A stretch of 64,000 bases of DNA from Escherichia phage vB_EcoM_VR25, in the sequence record NC_028925.1; one strand, given 5' to 3'. This document shows, one piece after another, positions 45,658 to 54,305 of this stretch. Below the pieces are notes generated by a model. It was not told where the DNA came from, made no database searches, and saw only the letters and a program-made list of their open reading frames with translations. Within the stretch, counting starts at the first letter, position 1; each line of letters starts with the position of its first letter. The translations under genes were made by a program, and so were the position numbers.

Positions 45658-46506
45658 TTAATCCTTAAGCAATTTAATAACGTTCATCAGTTTATGACGT
45701 TCAGCTTTTGCTGCATTGTTCAGTCCTGACAGACGGAAAATTTCATCATCTTGTTGCTGGATGGTGATGTTAAGTTCTTCAATCTGTTTAGTGAAAAGCT
45801 CAATTTGCTCTGAATATTTTTCATTGCTTCGCACTGGAACAGGTTCCATTTTAGGAGCTTGCTCTGAAGGACTCTCAACTACAACTCGGTCTTTAATTTG
45901 ACATAGTTTAATACGCTGGACGCCTCCAGTTTTAACATCATAGAAGGTAAGAACCCCATGATGTTCGAGTTCAGACAAAGCCAAACGGAGATGGAATTTC
46001 CAGTTTTCGTATTGACATCCGCTAAAAGAAGAAATACTGTATTCGCCTTCATTTTGACCTTTAATAACATTAAATAGTTTGTAATCTAAAGAATTATTGG
46101 TTTTAAAGGTCATTTGTTTATCTTGACCGCTTGCTAAACGAGCACCTAATGCCAATAAACGGCGTTGGTTAGTATGAAGGTCTTTGACCACTTCATCAAA
46201 TGTCATGGTGCTAATCGCACGACCATAAAGGTCATAACCTTTATTATAATTTTTAAGTAAAATTTTGGCATTAGCACGAGACAACATACCCGAACGTTGA
46301 AGAGATTTCATGACTCGGTCTTCTAATGTAAGCAAGCCCGTTGTTTTATTAAAGATTTTAGTGAATTCAGCAGAATTAGTACAAACATTGAACTTATTCC
46401 ACATCATATATAAAACATTTAAAACCACATCTTTAGTGCTCGGAATACTGTTAAATTTAACAACTTTTTTAACTTCAGAACGAATTTCATTAATTGCTTG
46501 TGACAT
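45658..46506 (-). CDS. hypothetical protein, 282 aa, C-terminal coiled coil ending VIKLLKD
   Basis: Long ORF; C-terminal end resembles the neighbouring genes. Confidence 0.55.
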   Translation of the reverse strand: MSQAINEIRSEVKKVVKFNSIPSTKDVVLNVLYMMWNKFNVCTNSAEFTKIFNKTTGLLTLEDRVMKSLQRSGMLSRANAKILLKNYNKGYDLYGRAISTMTFDEVVKDLHTNQRRLLALGARLASGQDKQMTFKTNNSLDYKLFNVIKGQNEGEYSISSFSGCQYENWKFHLRLALSELEHHGVLTFYDVKTGGVQRIKLCQIKDRVVVESPSEQAPKMEPVPVRSNEKYSEQIELFTKQIEELNITIQQQDDEIFRLSGLNNAAKAERHKLMNVIKLLKD

Positions 46507-46569
46507 ATTATTTTCCTCAATAGATTAATCAAAGGTCAGAACCATTATACCATCCTTGGTATAAAGCGT

Positions 46570-47094
46570 TTATGCGAGAACCGTCTTTAAACGCTTTTCA
46601 AACTTCTGAAGGAGTACCTGGCGCTCTGCTCTTTGTTTGGTATAGGTTTCAATACGCTCTGAAGTGAGATTGTATTGTTCATTAACTGATTCCCGCATGA
46701 ATTCAGGAATCTCTTTACATGCTTTGATTTCATTGAACTTATCAAGCACTGCTTGTTGTTCAGCAATCAGACCATCATAATATTGGATATCTGATTTGAT
46801 GTTCTGTACATCAGATTCAGTAGGCATATTTTTCTTTGCTCTTGCCGCCTGGTACTCAGCATTAGTCTCTCTTGACCAGAACAAAGAGCGGTTTTTGTTA
46901 GTGTTTTTATACACATCAATAATACCAACTGAATCAACATTCACAATCCAGTTCCAGGCGTTTTTATAAGTTTGACCACCTGATACTGTAATCTCACCTG
47001 CACAAGCAACATCATTAAAGAACTTGCTTTGTGCTTCTGATTTAAAATTACCATTATTGTAATTAATCAGATTAAAGATTGATTTGGCTTCCAT
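46570..47094 (-). CDS. hypothetical protein, 174 aa
   Basis: Preceded by the promoter/leader cassette at about 47122-47153. Confidence 0.5.
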   Translation of the reverse strand: MEAKSIFNLINYNNGNFKSEAQSKFFNDVACAGEITVSGGQTYKNAWNWIVNVDSVGIIDVYKNTNKNRSLFWSRETNAEYQAARAKKNMPTESDVQNIKSDIQYYDGLIAEQQAVLDKFNEIKACKEIPEFMRESVNEQYNLTSERIETYTKQRAERQVLLQKFEKRLKTVLA

Positions 47095-47121
47095 TTTATT
47101 CTCCCGTTTGTTTGGTAACTC

Positions 47122-47153
47122 AGTATGGGAACATTATACGTCTATCCCATACT
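47122..47153 (-). promoter_or_regulatory. early-type promoter (-35 GTGTACA, -10 GTATAATG) with CCCATACTGAGTTACC leader
   Basis: Read from sequence; cassette copy. Confidence 0.5.
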
Positions 47154-47164
47154 GATGTACACAT

Positions 47165-47467
47165 TTAATTAAAAGTTCTTTCAGTATTTTCACCACTGAA
47201 CCAGGCGCTCTTAACGGCTTGTTGCGCGCGATGAATCTGTTCAGCCATATAAACACCAAGGGCCTCTGCTTTTCTTGTCCTGTGGGCTTCTGCGGCGACC
47301 ATTTGCAGCTTATCCATCATGATAAGAGCTTTACATTTCTCCTTCAGAGCATAACGTTTCTTCTCTTCTGGAGTTTTGACCATTCCTCTTAACTTGTGCA
47401 TTTTCAACTTAAAATGGTCAGCAGATTTAAGACATGCATCAATCATGTCAATTTCATACTTTTTCAT
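47165..47467 (-). CDS. hypothetical basic protein, 100 aa
   Basis: ORF between two promoter cassettes. Confidence 0.45.
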   Translation of the reverse strand: MKKYEIDMIDACLKSADHFKLKMHKLRGMVKTPEEKKRYALKEKCKALIMMDKLQMVAAEAHRTRKAEALGVYMAEQIHRAQQAVKSAWFSGENTERTFN

Positions 47468-47473
47468 AATTCC

Positions 47474-47680
47474 TCACTTGCGACGACGTTTTGGTAATGG
47501 TTTAGGGAAGAACATTGCTTTACCTGCAGGGGTCAAAGTCACACGCAAAGCATTACCAATACCAAGGGATGCTTTAACCAGACCTTTGGCTTTTAACTCG
47601 CCAAATGCTTGACGTTGTTCAGGGTCGCGAGTGTTAACCATCAGACCTTTTTCACCAGCAGCTTTGATTAATTCTAACAT
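47474..47680 (-). CDS. hypothetical basic protein, 68 aa
   Basis: GGAG Shine-Dalgarno after the conserved leader. Confidence 0.45.
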   Translation of the reverse strand: MLELIKAAGEKGLMVNTRDPEQRQAFGELKAKGLVKASLGIGNALRVTLTPAGKAMFFPKPLPKRRRK

Positions 47681-47719
47681 TTTATTCTCCAGTTTTTATT
47701 TGGTAACTCAGTATGGAAT

Positions 47720-47751
47720 CATTATGTCTCATGACCATCTGGTTGTACACT
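47720..47751 (-). promoter_or_regulatory. early-type promoter (-35 GTGTACA, -10 CATAAT) with CCATACTGAGTTACC leader
   Basis: Read from sequence; cassette copy. Confidence 0.5.
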
Positions 47752-47769
47752 ACTTTTTAAAATAAAAAA

Positions 47770-47785
47770 GGACCCCGAAGGGTCC
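47770..47785 (-). terminator. stem-loop ggaccc-cgaa-gggtcc followed by a T-run on the minus strand
   Basis: Perfect inverted repeat with UUCG loop; same module as at 20277. Confidence 0.65.
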
Positions 47786-47791
47786 TTTGTA

Positions 47792-48076
47792 TTATTTCTT
47801 ACAACCAACATATTTTGGCATATGACAGAAAACAGAATCGGTAACTACTCGACCCTTTGCCCATGCTTCCTGTGCTTTACCGTGAGTAGTATTCACATAG
47901 CTGGATTTAATATTCTCGATACCTTGAGAATGTGATGCGTGTGCAGAACCATTAGAAGGACCTGCTGACTGACTTGAACCTTGACCGCCTGGGCCTGATG
48001 TGCCTTCAGTAGCCAGTACACCAAAAGACATAACAGCGGCCAACAGGCCTATAGCCACTTTTAATTTTAATTTCAT
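47792..48076 (-). CDS. secreted Gly/Ser-rich protein, 94 aa
   Basis: Signal peptide MKLKLKVAIGLLAAVMSFGVLA; C-terminal Cys pair. Confidence 0.5.
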   Translation of the reverse strand: MKLKLKVAIGLLAAVMSFGVLATEGTSGPGGQGSSQSAGPSNGSAHASHSQGIENIKSSYVNTTHGKAQEAWAKGRVVTDSVFCHMPKYVGCKK

Positions 48077-48139
48077 ATTTTCACCTTTTATTAACTCAAC
48101 ATTGAGTATGTTTACTATACTACAAAATCATTGAAGCAC

Positions 48140-48328
48140 TTAAATTGCACTCCAAAAATTATGGAATCTGATATCATCGATAGCCCAGTTAGCAAACTCG
48201 CGGGTTTGCTTGGGAGTTGGTTTACATATGTACTTATTGTTGATTCGTCTGCCAGTTTCCCGACAGACTGCTTCGAGATACCACCGCCGACCTTTATTGG
48301 GTCTTCCATATGATAAGAAGACCTTCAT
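48140..48328 (-). CDS. small basic protein, about 62 aa, downstream of the NTase gene
   Basis: Internal ATG 7 nt after the NTase stop; sequence GRPNKGRRWY... Confidence 0.4.
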   Translation of the reverse strand: MKVFLSYGRPNKGRRWYLEAVCRETGRRINNKYICKPTPKQTREFANWAIDDIRFHNFWSAI

Positions 48329-48335
48329 TTCTTCA

Positions 48336-49346
48336 TTAACGATAATAGGAATTGTGGTTGTCAAGATATACCTCTTCAACAAACTTGTCCCAGAACTTCA
48401 TGTCTACCTTATCGGGCATACCGTTCTTCGCAGCCCAGACGGCATTGGTTTCGACTTCATCGACGATTGCTTCAAGTTCAGCTTGTACATCTTTAAAAGC
48501 GTGTAGGCCTTGTTTGATTTCAAGGATAAATGGAGCCGTACGTAAAGGATATTGGAGATCGCCTGCTTGATAGATTTCCTTTAACTGGTATCCAGCACGA
48601 TAAGCATGGCTCAGAGCTTTCCAGTCAATACCTTCGTTAGCTTCGGCCTTACGGGCGCGTTCGCCATATTCAGCATCAAGTTTATTCAGAGATTGCTTAA
48701 GCTCGATTAATGACAAAGTAGTTTGGTATTTGCGACCGAGAACAGTATAAAACGTTTGAGGTCCAGTTTTCTCATGGTTATGGAATACCCATTCGCAGAA
48801 TTCGTTCTCTGGGAGACGATGCTTAATATCTTCAACTTTAGTGCGACGTTGTTTAGTCGAACCATCTTCTTGGTAGTCAACCCACTGTTCAGGAATCTGG
48901 TTAACAATTGCCAGTACACCACGTAAAGCCGCCAGTCTAGAACCTTTAACACCATATTTTGAAGCTTGCTTACGGACGTACCCCAAATATGCTTTCATGT
49001 TGGTCGTATAGAACCGTGAACGGTTGTCTTGGATAAATTTCCATACATCTGGTAAATCGGATTTGACTACCAGGTTAGCCGGAGTGTGAATCATGTCCAG
49101 AGCAACAGTTTCGCCTTCAGCCGCCAGTTTAAAGAAATATTTCAGGCTATAAAGCTCGTGGTCAACATCGTCTTTTGTGTTTTTGGTAGCCGTGTTATTC
49201 GTGTTCAAGTTGGTATGGTTCATAGCCGTACCTAACAGAATGTCACGTGGGTGTGGAACAAAGATTTCCTTAAAATCGACATCAGATTCTGGAGTACTTG
49301 TTCCGTAAAGATGGCTACCGAAGTAGCCTTTCATAACTGTTCTCAT
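48336..49346 (-). CDS. Pol-beta-fold nucleotidyltransferase-like protein, 336 aa
   Basis: N-terminal FGSHLYGTSTPESDVDF fits the hG[GS]x(9-13)DhD NTase signature; ATGA-coupled to the upstream membrane protein gene. Confidence 0.55.
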   Translation of the reverse strand: MRTVMKGYFGSHLYGTSTPESDVDFKEIFVPHPRDILLGTAMNHTNLNTNNTATKNTKDDVDHELYSLKYFFKLAAEGETVALDMIHTPANLVVKSDLPDVWKFIQDNRSRFYTTNMKAYLGYVRKQASKYGVKGSRLAALRGVLAIVNQIPEQWVDYQEDGSTKQRRTKVEDIKHRLPENEFCEWVFHNHEKTGPQTFYTVLGRKYQTTLSLIELKQSLNKLDAEYGERARKAEANEGIDWKALSHAYRAGYQLKEIYQAGDLQYPLRTAPFILEIKQGLHAFKDVQAELEAIVDEVETNAVWAAKNGMPDKVDMKFWDKFVEEVYLDNHNSYYR

Positions 49347-49795
49347 TTCTTCGCCTCAAAATGGATTACTGGACATACCTTAGATTTACGAGCTTTAATG
49401 TATTGGACGACAAGGTTTTCTTTAATTTCCTTTCCTTCGCGTTTGGCTTTAATACGTTCCCATTCTTTTTCTTCTTTACGTAAATCATACCAGGCCCAGA
49501 AACTCATTGTACAATACACAACGCCAATGGCTACCGCCAGAATAAGAGCCAGTGTAGCCAGTCCTAAAATAAACCCTAACCCTAAACCAACAGGAGTACT
49601 TAATACAAAGAACTGTTCCAATACACCAGCCCCTGCAACAGTTAAGGCAAAGATTGTACTGCCTGCAAGCACAGAACAAATAAAGCAGACCCATACAATT
49701 TTCCAGAAGTAAGCACACAAAGAGTGTGGTCGAGAATAATGGCCATAAAAACGGTCGTGTAATTTAGTGTGCCAGGCATTTTCATTAATAATCAT
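49343..49795 (-). CDS. membrane protein, 150 aa (2-3 predicted TM helices, basic C-terminal tail)
   Basis: Long hydrophobic stretches IVWVCFICSVLAGSTIFALTVAG and LGFILGLATLALILAVAIGVV. Confidence 0.55.
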   Translation of the reverse strand: MIINENAWHTKLHDRFYGHYSRPHSLCAYFWKIVWVCFICSVLAGSTIFALTVAGAGVLEQFFVLSTPVGLGLGFILGLATLALILAVAIGVVYCTMSFWAWYDLRKEEKEWERIKAKREGKEIKENLVVQYIKARKSKVCPVIHFEAKK

Positions 49796-49804
49796 TGTAA
49801 TTCC

Positions 49805-50359
49805 TTATGCGTTCATAGTTGGGATAACAGTGTTCAGGTATTTTACCAGAACTTTTAATTCGTCTTTAGTGAATACTACTTCAGCTTCACCATCGTGGGT
49901 CTGGATGATAGATAACATATCACGACCTTGATATTGGTAGACACTGAATTCAGTATTATAATCGCCTTCTTCATCACCTTCAAAGGTTTCGCTTGAATGC
50001 ATAATCGCATCACACCCAGGGATTTTCCACTCGAGCTCAGGTACACACTCTTCTTGGAAGAGTTTAAAAATTTTCTCTAAAAATTCTGAACGGTTTTTAA
50101 TGGATAAACAAGCCCATTCAGTTTCCAGATTAAAGCCATTTTCACCTCGATACAACCAAGCCGCAACTTCATCGTTAATTTTAAAGACACGATTATGAGT
50201 TCGAATATACTGCTCTGCATCAATAACAGACAACTTGTACAGGTTCTGAATATCTTGAATGGTTAAAACGACTGTATCATCTTCTTGTTTAAGCACGATT
50301 GCATTATCAATTACATCGGCAGTCAGGTCACCAAACAACCCAGATTTTTCAATAATCAT
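49805..50359 (-). CDS. hypothetical acidic protein, 184 aa
   Basis: ORF in the array. Confidence 0.5.
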   Translation of the reverse strand: MIIEKSGLFGDLTADVIDNAIVLKQEDDTVVLTIQDIQNLYKLSVIDAEQYIRTHNRVFKINDEVAAWLYRGENGFNLETEWACLSIKNRSEFLEKIFKLFQEECVPELEWKIPGCDAIMHSSETFEGDEEGDYNTEFSVYQYQGRDMLSIIQTHDGEAEVVFTKDELKVLVKYLNTVIPTMNA

Positions 50360-50371
50360 TTTAATTTCCTC

Positions 50372-50662
50372 TTAACGGTTATGTTTTAAAATACTATAAA
50401 GAGCTTCTACTTGGCTTGCATCCAGGTAAATAACATCATCATCTTGCTCAATGGAAATCCCACCGGTATTTCCTTCAACGAAATTACATTCACACACTTC
50501 AACGGTACGGTATACATCACCAGTCGGATGCTCAGGCTCCAGAACAATAATACCATTTTCAGAATTACCACTAGGGTCATATAACATTACAGTTTCCTCG
50601 CTAACCATGAAAAGAATAAACCAATTAAAACAGGCCCTACAGCCATTATTAACCAAGCCCAA
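50372..50662 (-). CDS. hypothetical protein, 96 aa
   Basis: ORF in the array. Confidence 0.45.
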   Translation of the reverse strand: MGLVNNGCRACFNWFILFMVSEETVMLYDPSGNSENGIIVLEPEHPTGDVYRTVEVCECNFVEGNTGGISIEQDDDVIYLDASQVEALYSILKHNR

Positions 50663-50678
50663 GGTTCAAGATAGTAAA

Positions 50679-50936
50679 TCATCTCATGCTCCTATGCCAA
50701 CAGTTGCGTGGCTCACGTTTAAAAACTTTATCATGCATTGATTGACAACCAACACAATATATCACACCTTTAATCGCTTGTCTCCGCGCTTCAGGAATTT
50801 TTTCATCGCAGTCAAAACAGAATTCAGCAGACTCCCTTTCAACTGCAACCTGTGCTCTCGCATGGGTGATAGCGGCTTGTACAACCGCTTCCATCTCTAA
50901 CTGTTCAGCACCATCTTTTGCAAATCCAACAGCCAT
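50679..50936 (-). CDS. DksA/TraR-family C4 zinc-finger protein, 85 aa
   Basis: CFDCDEKIPEARRQAIKGVIYCVGCQ four-Cys motif typical of the TraR/DksA C-terminus. Confidence 0.6.
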   Translation of the reverse strand: MAVGFAKDGAEQLEMEAVVQAAITHARAQVAVERESAEFCFDCDEKIPEARRQAIKGVIYCVGCQSMHDKVFKREPRNCWHRSMR

Positions 50937-51118
50937 TATGCTTTCAACCCATTCAGATATTCAACCAAATTAGCTTTAGAGCTATTCAAATCACGTTTGC
51001 ACTGCTCTATCCCAGAATATGAATATCCTTCGCAATGTTCAACAGCTAGTTCATATGAGTCAATTTCAATATCGCGAGCGAGTTTAATAATTTTTTCAAT
51101 TTGTTCTAAAGTAATCAT
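50936..51118 (-). CDS. hypothetical protein, 60 aa
   Basis: TAATG-coupled ORF. Confidence 0.4.
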   Translation of the reverse strand: MITLEQIEKIIKLARDIEIDSYELAVEHCEGYSYSGIEQCKRDLNSSKANLVEYLNGLKA

Positions 51119-51121
51119 ATG

Positions 51122-51358
51122 TCACCAGTATTTGTTAATGGTAGAAATTAATTCTTGGACTTGAGTATTTTTCAGTTTACACCCGCAACTTTTTAATGTT
51201 TCTTTAAAAAGCTCAACCTCTTTAAGCTGTTCCTTTTCCAGGCGGATTCTGTACCCCCTGTAATCAGCAAATATACTTCTGTCATCAAATATCTTAATTT
51301 CAAGAATATGATTATTGGTTTCATATTCCAATGAAACCATTGTATTTGTAAGTTTCAT
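51122..51358 (-). CDS. hypothetical protein, 78 aa
   Basis: ORF in the array. Confidence 0.4.
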   Translation of the reverse strand: MKLTNTMVSLEYETNNHILEIKIFDDRSIFADYRGYRIRLEKEQLKEVELFKETLKSCGCKLKNTQVQELISTINKYW

Positions 51359-51561
51359 TATTCCACCACATATGATAATGAGAAAATTGCTGATGAAAGA
51401 TGAGTAGCATCTTCTTCACACAGTTCAAATGGAGCTTTCTGCAAGAGCTCAACCACTTCTTCATCAGTGGCACGGTCCATAAAGATTGCATAATCGTTAA
51501 GATAGATAACAACCTCATCACCAGTATTAACTGCATCAATCTTGATGTTCTTAATTCTCAT
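51358..51561 (-). CDS. hypothetical protein, about 67 aa
   Basis: Start at an internal ATG directly after the conserved leader and GAGGAG. Confidence 0.45.
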   Translation of the reverse strand: MRIKNIKIDAVNTGDEVVIYLNDYAIFMDRATDEEVVELLQKAPFELCEEDATHLSSAIFSLSYVVE

Positions 51562-51586
51562 TGTATTCTCCTCAGTAGTTGATGGG

Positions 51587-51620
51587 ATAATAGTACACCC
51601 TTTTGATGAGGATGTAAACC
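51587..51620 (-). promoter_or_regulatory. early-type promoter (-35 GTTTACA, -10 TACTAT) with CCCATCAACTACTGAGGAG leader
   Basis: Read on the minus strand; probably heads the operon running to about 47790. Confidence 0.5.
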
Positions 51621-51635
51621 CCCTAAATGAAAAAA

Positions 51636-51657
51636 GGTCCACCCGAAGGCAGACCTT
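51636..51657 (-). terminator. imperfect stem-loop ggtc...cgaa...gacc with flanking A/T runs
   Basis: Read from sequence; weaker stem than the other terminators. Confidence 0.4.
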
Positions 51658-51662
51658 TTGAA

Positions 51663-52046
51663 TTACTCTAATGTTAACAGGTACTTGGTTTGAAAGAAAA
51701 CGCCAACGATATCGTCCAGAGTCGATTGAATAGCCTTTGGTACAACTTTATAGACTCTTTCAGAGCTTTTAATCATTTCATCTAAAAACAAAATTGTATC
51801 TTTCGGCAAGTCCGAGGCGGACGGTAATGCAGCTTTGTATTGTTTCCCACTGTAACCTAACCATTGTTCACTGAACTGGTCGAGTGGACCTTGGATTTCT
51901 GTGAAGTAGAAATCATAAGCTTTATGGCGGGCATAACTTTTGGTTTCAAGATGGGCAGATTTAAAATAAGCCAAAGAGACTAATAGCCACCCAATGTATG
52001 AATCCACCTCAGACCCACGACCTGTTACGAAATCATCGAATTTCAT
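51663..52046 (-). CDS. hypothetical protein, 127 aa
   Basis: ORF in the array. Confidence 0.45.
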   Translation of the reverse strand: MKFDDFVTGRGSEVDSYIGWLLVSLAYFKSAHLETKSYARHKAYDFYFTEIQGPLDQFSEQWLGYSGKQYKAALPSASDLPKDTILFLDEMIKSSERVYKVVPKAIQSTLDDIVGVFFQTKYLLTLE

Positions 52047-52329
52047 CTTCCAATTTTACCTTCATTAATTTAGCGTATTCGACTGCAGCAGCCCGGCCAT
52101 CAATTTGACATGTGATTTCATTTACACATTGACTCTTATTGTTCCATTCAGTTTTAATAAAAGCCCAAAATTGTTCGGACTGCTCGACGCTGGGTTCTTT
52201 GAATTGCGAATAGATTTGCATCGCACTATCTGCGTACTGGGTAAATTTACCATCTGTAGCAGAGGACATATTTGGGCCTAAACAGCCCATTAGTAATAGA
52301 CTTAGAGAAAGTCCTCGAATAAGGTCCAT
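52033..52329 (-). CDS. putative lipoprotein, about 98 aa
   Basis: AAGGAG Shine-Dalgarno before an internal ATG; signal peptide with lipobox LMGC. Confidence 0.5.
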   Translation of the reverse strand: MDLIRGLSLSLLLMGCLGPNMSSATDGKFTQYADSAMQIYSQFKEPSVEQSEQFWAFIKTEWNNKSQCVNEITCQIDGRAAAVEYAKLMKVKLEDEIR

Positions 52330-52403
52330 AAAGGACTCCTTATTGTTGGTCATGATTACGCTTTGCAGCCTTAACATAGCGGAATACTAGTTAGTAACTG
52401 TAT

Positions 52404-52679
52404 TTATAATCTTTTAAACTTGAAACAATATATTGCAAATAAATCAGAAAAATGTCTATCAACCCATATTCTTTGCACTGGGCTAGTAACAGTCAGCATA
52501 TAATGTGCTTTTTGTAAATTTATTCCATTTTTATTCGGGCATTCTTTATTAACAGAATGGTACGTGCTTGCTACTATTTCAATTTCCCTTTCATATCTCT
52601 CGCTATCTGTTTGTGTGGGGATAAATGCAATTCCAGCAATAACAAAAATAGAGATATACGTCCAAATCTTATATATCAT
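52404..52679 (-). CDS. membrane-anchored periplasmic protein, 91 aa (position of T4 rI / rI.1)
   Basis: N-terminal signal-anchor helix; immediately next to tk; identity positional only. Confidence 0.4.
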   Translation of the reverse strand: MIYKIWTYISIFVIAGIAFIPTQTDSERYEREIEIVASTYHSVNKECPNKNGINLQKAHYMLTVTSPVQRIWVDRHFSDLFAIYCFKFKRL

Positions 52680-52686
52680 AAGGACC

Positions 52687-53259
52687 TCAGCTTGTCAATT
52701 CGAGCCAATGTTTCCTGCATAAAGATACGTACGATTCATTCCCACCGACTAACACTTGCTCGCCGTCCTTTACAGCAGCACCGTCGATTACTCGAGCGGT
52801 CATGGTTGCTTTCCGGCCGCAATGGCAGACGCCCTTTAATTCAACCAGTTTATCCGAAATAGCCAGAAGTCTGGCTGAACCGGGAAATAACTGACCCCGA
52901 AAATCTGTTCTTAGCCCGTAACACATAACGGGGATATTGTAATTATCAACCACTCGTGCTAACTGGTCAATTTGCTCTGGTAACAAAAATTGAGCTTCAT
53001 CAACCAGGACACAATGGATATCCTTTTGAGACTCGGCCCATTTATAGAATTCAAACAGGTTCATGTCGGCCGTTACCAGGTTTGCTTCCTGGCTAATACC
53101 AATACGTGATTTAATTTCAGATTCCGAGTCCCGATTATCAATAACAGGTTTTAGCAAAAGCACACTCATTCCACGCTCTTTATAGGAATAAGCTGCAGTC
53201 AGCAATGAAGCTGTTTTGCCTGCATTCATTGCTGCGTAATGATAAATTAAACTCGCCAT
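52687..53259 (-). CDS. tk: thymidine kinase, 190 aa
   Basis: P-loop NAGKT plus C-terminal Zn-ribbon CHCG ... C..H; matches T4 Tk. Confidence 0.9.
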   Translation of the reverse strand: MASLIYHYAAMNAGKTASLLTAAYSYKERGMSVLLLKPVIDNRDSESEIKSRIGISQEANLVTADMNLFEFYKWAESQKDIHCVLVDEAQFLLPEQIDQLARVVDNYNIPVMCYGLRTDFRGQLFPGSARLLAISDKLVELKGVCHCGRKATMTARVIDGAAVKDGEQVLVGGNESYVSLCRKHWLELTS

Positions 53260-53268
53260 ATCACCTTC

Positions 53269-53454
53269 TTATTCTGTAATACTTTCCAGATAATTTTCTA
53301 AATCGTCTGAAGCCTTATTAAGGGCTTCTAGCGCTTTATAATAGTCTTCACGGGAGTAATATTCTGTATGAAGTTCTTCGTCGTATTCGCTTTTAGCATC
53401 AACAACAGTTTCAATCATATCCAGAATTTTATTTTTCTGTTCTTTAGTAATCAT
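53269..53454 (-). CDS. hypothetical acidic protein, 61 aa
   Basis: ORF in the array. Confidence 0.4.
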   Translation of the reverse strand: MITKEQKNKILDMIETVVDAKSEYDEELHTEYYSREDYYKALEALNKASDDLENYLESITE

Positions 53455-53462
53455 AATATACC

Positions 53463-53666
53463 TTAAAGAGTATTCACATAAGCAATAAGCTCGTTTTCTT
53501 TCTTATCAAACTGTTCGGCGATTTTTTCGTAATCTTCAGCGCTCACAGGACCCCATTCATCGTATGATTGCATTCCAGAATTCTCTTCTAGAAGCTCATG
53601 GATAAGCTCAAACAATCTACTTTTCTGACTAATACTTAAACTCATAACCATTGCACCTTTAAACAA
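53463..53666 (-). CDS. hypothetical acidic protein, 67 aa
   Basis: ORF in the array. Confidence 0.4.
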   Translation of the reverse strand: MFKGAMVMSLSISQKSRLFELIHELLEENSGMQSYDEWGPVSAEDYEKIAEQFDKKENELIAYVNTL

Positions 53667-53860
53667 TATTCATCTACGTGTTGGACACGTTTGTTTTTGT
53701 CAATAAAAGTATATTCAACATACTCGCCGATATACCACTTATCTACGTTGTGAGGACTTTTTATAGGACACTTGGTTATCCGTGTTTCGGACCAGTGTCG
53801 AATAATTGTAGCTTTGTTTTTAGGGTCAAATGGGTGTGGATAATGTGCTTTCATAATCAA
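53642..53860 (-). CDS. hypothetical protein, 72 aa
   Basis: ORF overlapping both neighbours by 25-35 nt. Confidence 0.35.
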   Translation of the reverse strand: MIMKAHYPHPFDPKNKATIIRHWSETRITKCPIKSPHNVDKWYIGEYVEYTFIDKNKRVQHVDEYCLKVQWL

Positions 53861-54305
53861 CTACCACCAAATCAATATCAGGAGTAAACATATCAATTAA
53901 CCGGGAAACCTTATCCCAATCACCACCTGCAATACCACAGCCAATCCTGGGAATATAAATCACAGGCTTGAACAAAAGGGATTCTGCTTGTCGATTTAAT
54001 TCTATCATGCAATTTACTAAAGCGCCATAATCCAGATTTGGACCCGGTTCATACTGGGTATAAAGGTTATAGCACATACCAAATCCAGTTGGCTTATGTT
54101 TAAAAACGATAGACATATCACCGAGTTTTTCTCGGGAACCGTATTCAGTTGATGTTTTATCCATTTCTAAAATTTTTGGGTAAGCCTTTGCCAGTTGGCC
54201 AGCAACGCCTGACCCCATTGTATGGAAACAATTACAGCCATGAGCTATGATGTTTCCTTCAAGAAAGAGGGCGACAATATCGCCCTTAATATAGTTAACA
54301 ATCAT
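53826..54305 (-). CDS. macrodomain protein (ADP-ribose binding/hydrolase fold), 159 aa
   Basis: N-terminal GDIV ... HGCNCFHTMGSGVAGQ and C-terminal PRIGCGIAGGDWDKV resemble the two glycine-rich macrodomain loops. Confidence 0.55.
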   Translation of the reverse strand: MIVNYIKGDIVALFLEGNIIAHGCNCFHTMGSGVAGQLAKAYPKILEMDKTSTEYGSREKLGDMSIVFKHKPTGFGMCYNLYTQYEPGPNLDYGALVNCMIELNRQAESLLFKPVIYIPRIGCGIAGGDWDKVSRLIDMFTPDIDLVVVDYESTLSTPI

